Program-made: the position numbers and the translations under genes
In this document: in pieces, positions 37,655-45,420 of the stretch
How the letters are laid out: every line of letters begins with the position of its first letter
Numbering within the stretch: the stretch's first letter is position 1
Notes under the pieces: generated by a model
What the model was told of the DNA's origin: nothing
The model's input: the letters and a program-made list of their open reading frames with translations, nothing else
Databases searched by the model: none
Assembly (NCBI GenBank): GCA_017618015.1
Contig: JAFZVC010000025.1
Coordinates: 166,374 to 230,373, forward strand
Length of the DNA stretch: 64,000 nt
From: Spirochaetaceae bacterium
GTDB lineage: Bacteria; Spirochaetota; Spirochaetia; Treponematales; Treponemataceae
Direction of reading: 5' to 3'

Positions 37655-38071
37655 GTGGCAAGACGAAAAGGACGTATAATTGCTTTTCAGGCTCTGTACT
37701 CGTGGGATGTCTCCGGTATGGAGCTTGATGACCTTTTAAAATTCGAGTGGGTCAGCGATGAAACTAAGGAGCGTATGGATGATGAAAGCGATGCTTTCAC
37801 AAGGCTTCTTATTTCTGGAACGATAGAGAACTGCGCCGAAATTGATGAGGTTATAAAAAAGCATCTGATAAACTGGGAATTCGGACGGCTCAATAAGGTT
37901 GATTTGGCAATCCTTCGCATAAGTGTATATTCGCTCCTGTATCAGAAGGATATACATCCGACTATCATAATTGATGAAGCTGTCGATATTTCAAAAGACT
38001 TTGGAACTGATGATTCTTATAAGTTCGTCAATGCCGTTCTTGATAACGTAAGAAAAACATTGAAAGTATAG
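37655..38071 (+). CDS. nusB: transcription antitermination factor NusB
   Basis: GTG start. ARRKGRIIAFQALYSW ... R..... DLAILRISVYSL ... IIDEAVDISK match NusB. Confidence 0.85.
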   Translation: MARRKGRIIAFQALYSWDVSGMELDDLLKFEWVSDETKERMDDESDAFTRLLISGTIENCAEIDEVIKKHLINWEFGRLNKVDLAILRISVYSLLYQKDIHPTIIIDEAVDISKDFGTDDSYKFVNAVLDNVRKTLKV

Positions 38072-38072
38072 G

Positions 38073-39947
38073 GTGCAAATAAGTATGTCGCTATCCTTCC
38101 AAAATGCGATACAGTCCGGTCAGGCTCACAAAAAAAAGCTTGCCGGGCTTTTTTTGTTTTCTGCAAGACGTCAGCGCGCCGCATGGTCATTGTGTCTTTT
38201 CATTGCGGCTGTCGTGTTCTGTGCGCTGTGCCTTTCCGGATGCGGCGAGACAGTTTCAGACGCTTCTTTCGCGGAGCAGCTGGACCTTATAGACGCATGC
38301 ATCCTTAACGGACAGAATGAAGATGCTTTGACGCTTATAGACAAAGTATCTGATGACGCAATTGGACTGGTAAGACAGCTTTCAATAGCCAAGCGGTATA
38401 TAAAGCTTGGCGAGATGGAGAAAACAAAAAAGTTTGTGGAAGGTGCGCTCAAAAAGCAGCCAGAAGCCCCGGAACTTAATGCTTTGTACGCTAATATCCT
38501 GCTTTCTGACGGAAACGTACTTGGCGCGATGAAATACACCGACAAGCTTGCAAATACAAAATGGTCGCCGCTTTATACGGAAGTAGTCATCAGGCGGATT
38601 GTAGCCGAGAACATCTTTATGGACGGCGATTATACTGATTATTTTGTAAAAGCCGCCGAGGCCACGCATAACGAGCGGTGGCTCGTTGATGCTGCCGTAG
38701 TAGAAGCCAGACGTGGCAACTACAAGAAAGCGGCGTCATTGACACCGCCACTCGAGCTTTTTTATCCGGGTACAACCGAAAATGAGCGATTCGCGTATTT
38801 TTGGGCGCTCGTGAACTATGACGCCGGGTATTATCTTGAATGCGTCGATTTATGCAAGTTGTGCGGCAGCATCCCGGATGCGGCTTTGCTCGCATCCGAT
38901 GCGTGGCTCATGTCCGGTGAAGAGGAAGCTGCCAACAATTATTGGCTTGCTATAGTAAACGGTGCGTCCAGCAACTCTGCTTCCGGCGGCTCCGCCAACG
39001 CAAGAAAATCAATCCCAAAAGAAATATACTGCAATGCGGCTATGTATGCCATCAATCACAATGACCTTACAAATGCGTACAGCATCCTTGTCGATATGGT
39101 GTCAAAATATCCTGACTTTGACGAAGGCCTTGTAGTATACGCCAAATACGCGCTTAAAACATCAGGTTCCATGATAACGGAGCCTTATTCTGTGCTTAGC
39201 ACGCTTCAGCAGCAAAAGATGCGAGAAATCCCTTCAATCCCTGTTTCGGATGCATTAGCCCGCATAGAAAAATCGCTCGCGCTCGATATCGAACAAACGC
39301 CAGGCACTCCTGTATCAGAGAAATTCAGGCCCGCGCTTTATGTGGAGTATCTTAGGACTAAATGGCTCAGCGGAAACAGCACCCCGATCCAGTCCCGGAA
39401 AGATATCCTGCTGGCGTTGGAACGGTTCCGCCTGGAAAATGAATGCGAGCCATATCTTGCCGATTTCGCAGTGTGCTGGATGCTCCGCAATTACTACGAG
39501 AATGAGGCGGAAAGCTTCTTTTATGACTACATGGCGGAAAAATACGGGCTGGGTGCCGCAGATTTTGCGGATAACGCCTCGATGCTCAAGGACCGCGAAT
39601 GTATGATTGCGGCTTGGTTCAGACTGAAAAACGGCTTTATTGAAGATGCCCAAAAGCTTTATGAAACTTACGTTTATGAGCGTGGCTGCATCGGTGATAC
39701 AGTAGCTACCATGAATCTTGCCGCTATTTATAACACATATGTCTCTTGGCAAAAGGCTCTTGAACTGTACGGTACGCTTGCAGGAACCACAAAGAACCTA
39801 GAACTCGCCTCTGAAGTGCATTATCGTATGGGTACGATTCAACTTGCCCACAAAGACGAAAAAAATGCCCTGCTCAGTCTTTCTTACAGCATCAAGCTGA
39901 ATCCAGACAATAACAGGGCACGTCACTTGTTGAAAACGCTACAGTAA
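38073..39947 (+). CDS. TPR-like helical repeat protein with N-terminal membrane anchor
   Basis: Hydrophobic N-terminal segment. Multiple A/Y/L-patterned 34-aa-like repeats, with the end of the protein (…NALLSLSYSIKLNPDNNRARHLLKTLQ) TPR-like. Confidence 0.5.
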   Translation: MQISMSLSFQNAIQSGQAHKKKLAGLFLFSARRQRAAWSLCLFIAAVVFCALCLSGCGETVSDASFAEQLDLIDACILNGQNEDALTLIDKVSDDAIGLVRQLSIAKRYIKLGEMEKTKKFVEGALKKQPEAPELNALYANILLSDGNVLGAMKYTDKLANTKWSPLYTEVVIRRIVAENIFMDGDYTDYFVKAAEATHNERWLVDAAVVEARRGNYKKAASLTPPLELFYPGTTENERFAYFWALVNYDAGYYLECVDLCKLCGSIPDAALLASDAWLMSGEEEAANNYWLAIVNGASSNSASGGSANARKSIPKEIYCNAAMYAINHNDLTNAYSILVDMVSKYPDFDEGLVVYAKYALKTSGSMITEPYSVLSTLQQQKMREIPSIPVSDALARIEKSLALDIEQTPGTPVSEKFRPALYVEYLRTKWLSGNSTPIQSRKDILLALERFRLENECEPYLADFAVCWMLRNYYENEAESFFYDYMAEKYGLGAADFADNASMLKDRECMIAAWFRLKNGFIEDAQKLYETYVYERGCIGDTVATMNLAAIYNTYVSWQKALELYGTLAGTTKNLELASEVHYRMGTIQLAHKDEKNALLSLSYSIKLNPDNNRARHLLKTLQ

Positions 39948-39948
39948 A

Positions 39949-40215
39949 TTAGCCGATTACAGCAAGAATATCAGCAGCCTTAAGGATAAGGTGCTCTTCT
40001 CCGTCAATCTTAACGGCTGTACCAGCATATTTGTCGTACATAACGCGGTCGCCGGCTTTTACCTTGATTTTCTCTTTATCGTCTCCGACAGCGACAACAG
40101 TCGCAATCTGTGTTTTTTCCTGTGCTGTGTCCGGAATGATGATTCCGCTTGCAGTCTTTGACTCTGCTTTCTCGATCTTAACGAGAACTCTGTCCGCCAA
40201 TGGTGTAACCTTCAT
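39949..40215 (-). CDS. groES: co-chaperonin GroES
   Basis: [13 protein letters not shown]...[11 protein letters not shown]...G.V.AVG...D.V.Y.KY.GT..K.DGEE.LIL. No groEL is adjacent. Confidence 0.95.
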   Translation of the reverse strand: MKVTPLADRVLVKIEKAESKTASGIIIPDTAQEKTQIATVVAVGDDKEKIKVKAGDRVMYDKYAGTAVKIDGEEHLILKAADILAVIG

Positions 40216-40249
40216 ATATTTCCTCCAAAAGGTTGAATTAAATTGGAAT

Positions 40250-40298
40250 TGTTCATTGTGAACACATTAAAGTTACGAAAAAAAAGCTCCATCGTCAA
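40250..40298 (-). promoter_or_regulatory. putative groES promoter with palindrome TGTTCA-N3-TGAACA at the predicted start site
   Basis: The minus strand reads TTGACG (40298-40293)-17 nt-TAACTT (40275-40270). The palindrome at 40250-40264 lies just downstream. No CIRCE (TTAGCACTC-N9-GAGTGCTAA) is present. Confidence 0.3.
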
Positions 40299-40507
40299 TA
40301 AAAATCGTCGTTGATGCTAACTCCTAACAGGAATTTGGCGGTTCCCGCCCGCACGATGTCGCGGGCGGTCGCTATGTTCCGGGTTCGCTTCCGCTCATTC
40401 CCACGCGGATAAACCGCATGGGAACAGCTTCGCTGCCCTTCACAGCGCTAACCGAGTTCATTTCGAAAAATTGTTTAAAAAAATTTTAGACTATACGTCG
40501 CTTCGCG

Positions 40508-40575
40508 CCGTTAGCGAGAGGAAATTTATTAAAATTCTGCGCTCACGCGCAGGACGCTATCATTCGGTGATAGTC
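40508..40575 (+). repeat. left copy of imperfect direct repeat bracketing the island
   Basis: CCGTTAGCGAGAGGAAATTTATTAAAATTCTGCGCTCACGCGCAGGACGCTATC... aligns without gaps to 46561-46628 with roughly 80 percent identity over the first ~55 nt (hand alignment). Confidence 0.7.
40557..40573. promoter_or_regulatory. candidate operator palindrome CTATCA-N5-TGATAG upstream of FliG-like/AAA+ genes
   Basis: Perfect 6-bp arms (CTATCAttcggTGATAG) 42 nt upstream of ATG 40615. The same half-sites and spacing occur at 42992-43008. Confidence 0.5.
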
Positions 40576-40614
40576 TGGTGCTTTACATTAATAGTGACAT
40601 TGAAGGAGTTGTGT

Positions 40615-41322
40615 ATGAGAAAAGAAAACACTGTTGAGACAAAGAAAGCGCAGGAATTGGTTTCAAAAACAATGGCTACTATCACCGAAGAAACCAAGAA
40701 TATCCTTATTGATTATATCCAGAACGGATATATTGAAAGCCTTTCAAAGGCAATTGCGTATCTCGGAATGAGCCCGGATGAAGCAAATATTCTTCTTGGA
40801 GATATGAGCGAAACTGTGAAAGAACGAATAACAAGCAATATCGCGCACTTTCAAAAACACGACGAAAGTGTCGTTTCTGAAGTTGAACATATTGTTCTGA
40901 CTCGTGGCAAAAAGCATGTTGCAGAAGAATACAAGGTAATCAAAGAGAACCTGCCATTTGCTGGAAAAGAGTTTGCTGAAAAATCCATACAGAATTTCCG
41001 AGCTAAAACACCCATTTTCCAGAAAACACTGGATGAATGTATTTTCACTTTTGAAGACATTAATCAGCTTGATGACCGTGAAATCCAAAAGATACTTTAT
41101 TGGACAGGACATAAGACACTGACTCTGGCTCTAAAAGGAGCTTCCAAAGAGCTTCGGAAAAGAATTTTCCGCAACAAACCCAAAAAAGAGGTGGCTATGC
41201 TCAAAGAAGCCATAGAGTTTTTGGGATCAGTTCGTGATTCGTGGATAGAAGAAGCTCAGGCAAAAATCGTAAAAAACGCTCTGCGTCTTGAAGCTGACGG
41301 TGAAATTGTTATTTGGAGATAA
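40615..41322 (+). CDS. FliG-like protein (middle + C-terminal domains only)
   Basis: The C-terminal half FEDINQLDDREIQKILYWTGHKTLTLALKGASKELRKRIFRN...EEAQAKIVKNALRLEADGEIVI follows the FliG_C signature (LDDR.IQ, LALKGAS.EL, EEAQ.KI, GEIVI). GAAGGAG RBS lies 6 nt before ATG 40615. At 235 aa it is about 100 aa shorter than canonical FliG. Confidence 0.65.
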   Translation: MRKENTVETKKAQELVSKTMATITEETKNILIDYIQNGYIESLSKAIAYLGMSPDEANILLGDMSETVKERITSNIAHFQKHDESVVSEVEHIVLTRGKKHVAEEYKVIKENLPFAGKEFAEKSIQNFRAKTPIFQKTLDECIFTFEDINQLDDREIQKILYWTGHKTLTLALKGASKELRKRIFRNKPKKEVAMLKEAIEFLGSVRDSWIEEAQAKIVKNALRLEADGEIVIWR

Positions 41323-41323
41323 T

Positions 41324-42982
41324 ATGGAAATCGGGATGAAAGAACCTAGAAAAATCAGATGGAATGTGCTGGCTGCAATTGATTATGTTTGCAAACAGAC
41401 AAAGTACAAAAAGCTAAAATACGAGAAAACTCCCCAAATGCAAAAAACACTGGAACGGCTTTGCTCTTATTTTGGCGGAATCAATGAGAATCAGGTTATT
41501 ATCCTCAGCGCAGTTCTTGACCTCCAGCTTTCGCATGACAAAATGACTAATATCAGCGATTTTTTCAATATGACCGCGCTCAGTTATCTTCAGCATAATA
41601 ATGAAATTGAGGATTTGGACGAGCGCGGTTTGTTGGATGTCGGGATAAACGAAGAAGGACATTCATACGATATCCCACAAATCGTAGTTACTGCAATTTT
41701 ACGTAACAGTGAAATAATCATTGAAAAGAAGGAGTTTGATCCAGTTGATTTCGTGAAAGAAGTGACTATGATCTTGGATAATAACTTGTACAATCAATTT
41801 AAAAAAAATAAAGAAAAAGTATATAAACTTGAAACGAAGAATTCAAAACAACCTTTTATAAAACATGTAAAAGCCCTTGTTCCGATACCATCCGATAGAA
41901 GTTGCTTTTATGCGATTTGCAGTGATTTTGTAGATGGTTTTGATACAAATTTGCAGCATGGTTTTCGTAGGGTATATGATAACAATGCAACTTCTAAAAT
42001 AAGAGCGATGCTCTCGGAGAGCCATGTGCTCTTAAAACATGGTCTTGTCGATTTTATCATAAAAGGCAATGTTATTGATTCAACTTTGACCCTGACGGAC
42101 AAAGCTAAAAAAATCTTTCTGGGTGAAAATGAATACCTCTATGAGCGGAAACTGAATGAGAAATCGCTTATCCTGCCGTCATCTATCGTTTCAAAGCATT
42201 TGTTCTACAGCCCGGAAAATCAAAAGCAGATTGATACGCTTTATTCCACTATAGAAAGTAAGAACCTTCTTTCTATACAAAACAGTCTGCGTTCTAAGGG
42301 GTTGTCGACAGGAATATGTATTCTTCTTTATGGAGCACCTGGTACTGGCAAGACAGAATCCGTGTATCAGATTGCAAAGGCAACGAACAGGCAAATCATT
42401 CATGTCGATATAAGTACGACAAAATCGTGTTGGTTTGGAGAAAGCGAAAAACTTATAGAACGTATATTTGTAGACTACAAGCGGTCATGTAAAAAACTTC
42501 TGGCGCACGGAAAAAGTGATATTCCTATTCTTCTTTTCAACGAGGCAGATGCAATCCTGCAAAAGCGCATGGAGTTTCATGGTGGTGGTGTTGAGAAAAC
42601 AGAGAATGCAATGCAGAACATCCTGCTTGAGAACATGGAAAAGTTTGAAGGCATTCTTATAGCGACGACAAACCTTGCCATAAATCTTGATGCAGCGTTT
42701 GAACGGCGGTTTCTGTTTAAAATAAAGTTCGACAATCCATCTGTGGAGGCAAAAACCGCGATTTGGAGATCGAAGCTTGAATGGCTGCCCGAAAATCAGG
42801 CTCAATTATTGGCGAACGAGTATAATTTTTCCGGTGGGGAGATTGATAATGTCGTCAGAAAGGCAACTATGGAAGAAATCCTTACGGGTTCAAGAGTTAC
42901 AATTAATCGGCTTGAAGAAATCTGCAATACGGAAAAACTGAATAATTCCGATTCCGGCAATAAAGTCGGGTTTCATGTATAA
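41324..42982 (+). CDS. classical-clade AAA+ ATPase with uncharacterised ~320-aa N-terminal region
   Basis: Walker A LYGAPGTGKTE, Walker B ILLFNEADA, sensor-1 IATTN, and SRH/Arg-finger region LDAAFERRF. The ATG lies 1 nt after the FliG-like stop. Confidence 0.8.
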   Translation: MEIGMKEPRKIRWNVLAAIDYVCKQTKYKKLKYEKTPQMQKTLERLCSYFGGINENQVIILSAVLDLQLSHDKMTNISDFFNMTALSYLQHNNEIEDLDERGLLDVGINEEGHSYDIPQIVVTAILRNSEIIIEKKEFDPVDFVKEVTMILDNNLYNQFKKNKEKVYKLETKNSKQPFIKHVKALVPIPSDRSCFYAICSDFVDGFDTNLQHGFRRVYDNNATSKIRAMLSESHVLLKHGLVDFIIKGNVIDSTLTLTDKAKKIFLGENEYLYERKLNEKSLILPSSIVSKHLFYSPENQKQIDTLYSTIESKNLLSIQNSLRSKGLSTGICILLYGAPGTGKTESVYQIAKATNRQIIHVDISTTKSCWFGESEKLIERIFVDYKRSCKKLLAHGKSDIPILLFNEADAILQKRMEFHGGGVEKTENAMQNILLENMEKFEGILIATTNLAINLDAAFERRFLFKIKFDNPSVEAKTAIWRSKLEWLPENQAQLLANEYNFSGGEIDNVVRKATMEEILTGSRVTINRLEEICNTEKLNNSDSGNKVGFHV

Positions 42983-42988
42983 AAAAAT

Positions 42989-43011
42989 AGCCTATCATTC
43001 CTTGATAGGCT
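42989..43011. promoter_or_regulatory. candidate operator / hairpin AGCCTATCA-N5-TGATAGGCT upstream of WYL regulator gene
   Basis: Perfect 9-bp arms. The element lies between the AAA+ stop (42982) and a TATAAT box (43017-43022) that precedes the WYL gene. No T-tract follows, so it is not a typical terminator. Confidence 0.5.
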
Positions 43012-43044
43012 GGGTGTATAATATTGATAATATGAGGAGGCTTT

Positions 43045-44046
43045 ATGGCGAAAGAAAGAGTGAAAAAACAGTTTTTGAACGGATATGAGCGTATCTTGAA
43101 AATCGATTATATGATTTCGAACTGGAATTATCCGAGCGTTGAGGATTTTGTAAACGAAACTGGAGCTTCCATTCCGACTATAAACCGCGACCTGCGGGAT
43201 TTGCGCCTGAAATTTGGTGCCGATGAGATATTGCAGTATGACAGGAACAAAAAGGGTTTTTATTACACGCTCCCGTCGTTCCGCATCCCGGCACTGCTCA
43301 CTTCCGAAAAGCAGATAATTGCCGCTCAGCTTATGTCAAATCTTTTGAATCTGATAAAAGACACTCCGGTTTACAAACAGGCAGTAGAGGTGTTTACTTC
43401 GCTTTCTAACGAGATTGATGAGGACACCAAGCTCAACGCTAAAAAGCTTTCTAACCGCATACTGTTTTTGGGAATGGAACCAGTTAAGATTGATGATGAG
43501 ATATGGACAAAGCTGGAGGAAGCCCTCGCGAATAATTATTATGTGAGCTTTAATTATAAAGGTCACAAGGAGAAGTTCAAAGTTCAACCATGGCAGCTTG
43601 TATACAGTCAAGGGATGTGGAGCTTGTATGCGTATAATCAGAATCCTGAAATAAAGAAAACACGCTTCTATAATCTTCCCGGAATGTACAATCTTGAGAT
43701 TGATAAGCAGAACACCTTTGAGTTGCCTGATGATTTTGAGTATACAAAACGCGCAAAAGGAAATTTCCGTCGGTACATTGGCAAAGAAACCTTGCAGTAC
43801 AAGATAAAGATTACTTCCGATAAAACGTTGGACTTCATAAAAACATACAACTGGGCTGAAGATCAGAAGTTCGAAAAACAGGATGATGGCAGTACGATAA
43901 TGACTTTCACGAGCAATCAGGACTGGCCGATTTTCGGCTGGGTTATGAGCCACGGAATGTACGCTCAACCGCTGGAACCTGAGTGGCTAGTGAACGAGTG
44001 GAAGAAAAACGTGAAAGAAATGGCGAAATTGGCGGAGAGGGTGTAG
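43045..44046 (+). CDS. WYL-domain transcriptional regulator (BrxR/CapW-like architecture)
   Basis: N-terminal wHTH (VEDFVNETGASIPTINRDLRDLRLKFG), YDRNKKGFYY, and WYL barrel (VSFNYKGHKEKFKVQPWQLVYSQGMWSLYAYN). GAGGAGG RBS. Confidence 0.8.
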   Translation: MAKERVKKQFLNGYERILKIDYMISNWNYPSVEDFVNETGASIPTINRDLRDLRLKFGADEILQYDRNKKGFYYTLPSFRIPALLTSEKQIIAAQLMSNLLNLIKDTPVYKQAVEVFTSLSNEIDEDTKLNAKKLSNRILFLGMEPVKIDDEIWTKLEEALANNYYVSFNYKGHKEKFKVQPWQLVYSQGMWSLYAYNQNPEIKKTRFYNLPGMYNLEIDKQNTFELPDDFEYTKRAKGNFRRYIGKETLQYKIKITSDKTLDFIKTYNWAEDQKFEKQDDGSTIMTFTSNQDWPIFGWVMSHGMYAQPLEPEWLVNEWKKNVKEMAKLAERV

Positions 44047-44075
44047 AAAAGCTAGGTTGATAAGGAGATTACGTT

Positions 44076-44756
44076 ATGCAATATACCAAAATTGAAAAGA
44101 TAATTAGAGATTCATTGTTAGATGTGAGAGACTTGTATACGAATAAACCAATAACATCGCATGTGATTTTTCCAAAATATTCTGACAACACAGAAAGATA
44201 TTCAGAGCAGGAACTAAAAAGCATCTTTTTGAGCAAGATTGAACAATCTGCATTTTATTATTCTGTCGAAACTCCATCCAGGAACAAATATCGGTTTGTT
44301 GAAAATGACGAGCCAAAAGTTTCATTCTGTGGAGAAGAATCAAAAGAGGTGTTTCAATCTTCTATGATAGATACGACTTTATATGATTCAAATAAAACTT
44401 TATTGAGCCATATAGAATTCAAATATGGACAAAGTTCCGTTTTTTCAATTCAAAAGGATTTTTTAAAGCTGATATGTGAATCACAAAATGTCAAGTACAA
44501 TTATTTTGCTCATTATCTTGGCAATTCAGACAATGGAACAAAAAAAGCGATTTTCAGTAAATATCGACAAGCATTGAATAATATTATGACTATCAATACA
44601 AACATTGATGATTTTGAGAGGAAGATTTCAAAGATCATCATTTTCGTGATGTTTGCAAGGTTGAATGAGATATATAGATTCTCTTTGAAAGATTTTGCTG
44701 AGAATCTCAACCTTGATGCTTATTTGGAAACAATCAGTCAGCCAACAGAACGGTAA
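44076..44756 (+). CDS. hypothetical protein with PD-(D/E)xK-like motif spacing
   Basis: AAGGAG RBS. D99-x14-E114-F-K116 (SSMIDTTLY...LSHIEFKYG) is preceded by an acidic helix (SEQELKS). Nuclease fold is inferred only. Confidence 0.45.
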   Translation: MQYTKIEKIIRDSLLDVRDLYTNKPITSHVIFPKYSDNTERYSEQELKSIFLSKIEQSAFYYSVETPSRNKYRFVENDEPKVSFCGEESKEVFQSSMIDTTLYDSNKTLLSHIEFKYGQSSVFSIQKDFLKLICESQNVKYNYFAHYLGNSDNGTKKAIFSKYRQALNNIMTINTNIDDFERKISKIIIFVMFARLNEIYRFSLKDFAENLNLDAYLETISQPTER

Positions 44757-44801
44757 AGAAGGAAAGCTAATCTGGCGAGTTTGATGAAGAGGGTGTAGAA
44801 T

Positions 44802-45419
44802 ATGAATAAGGAGATGAAAATGGAAGCGGCAAAGAATCAAGAATTAGATAAAAATCTTAATGATGAGGTTTTTGGTTACAATGGTAAAAAATATACTCTT
44901 TATGAATTACGATGTAGTGCAAATAATTATTTAACATCAGATCCTAAAGAATGCAGGCAAAAACTTAAGGAAAAATATGCAAAAGTTTATAATTGCATAG
45001 AACAAGAAGTTCCTCCTTCTATTCTGAAAGAAGTTTATAGTCTTGATTCAAATTTCAAAGAAATATGTGAACCAGTTTCTGGTTATACGAAGAATGATTA
45101 TTATGCCAGTAACTTAGGGAGAATTCGTCATTTTGGTAAGATTATGCTTCAGGATGATACGAATCTTAATGGATATCTTTATTTAAAAGATTATGCTGAA
45201 GGTAGCAACAAGCTATATAAATTTAAGTCAACAACTCCTGTATATACATTTATAGCCTGTGCTTTTTTTAAAGATTTCAATAACGGTACCGAGTTAAAGC
45301 ATATACATCATATTAATAATAATGGTTATGACTCTCGACCTGATAATTTAATTCCACTAACTCAGAAAGAACATTCAATTGCACATGGTCGAGTTATAAA
45401 AAATAGTAAGGAGGCGTAA
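44802..45419 (+). CDS. NUMOD4-HNH endonuclease
   Basis: YYASNLGRIRHFGK...NGYLY is NUMOD4-like. HIHHINNNGYDSRPDNLIPLTQKEHSIAH is the HNH_3 motif. The start could be ATG 44820, which has AAGGAG 6 nt upstream. Confidence 0.75.
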   Translation: MNKEMKMEAAKNQELDKNLNDEVFGYNGKKYTLYELRCSANNYLTSDPKECRQKLKEKYAKVYNCIEQEVPPSILKEVYSLDSNFKEICEPVSGYTKNDYYASNLGRIRHFGKIMLQDDTNLNGYLYLKDYAEGSNKLYKFKSTTPVYTFIACAFFKDFNNGTELKHIHHINNNGYDSRPDNLIPLTQKEHSIAHGRVIKNSKEA

Positions 45420-45420
45420 A

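Noticed and set aside
40216-40470. CIRCE/HrcA operator, or a tRNA gene as an island integration target, in the GC-rich stretch upstream of groES.
   Set aside because: No TTAGCACTC-N9-GAGTGCTAA-like sequence is present. The hairpins here (CCGCCCGC...GCGGGCGG, TTCCCACGCGG...CCGCATGGGAA) do not form a cloverleaf, and there is no GTTCRANYC T-loop or CCA-type end.
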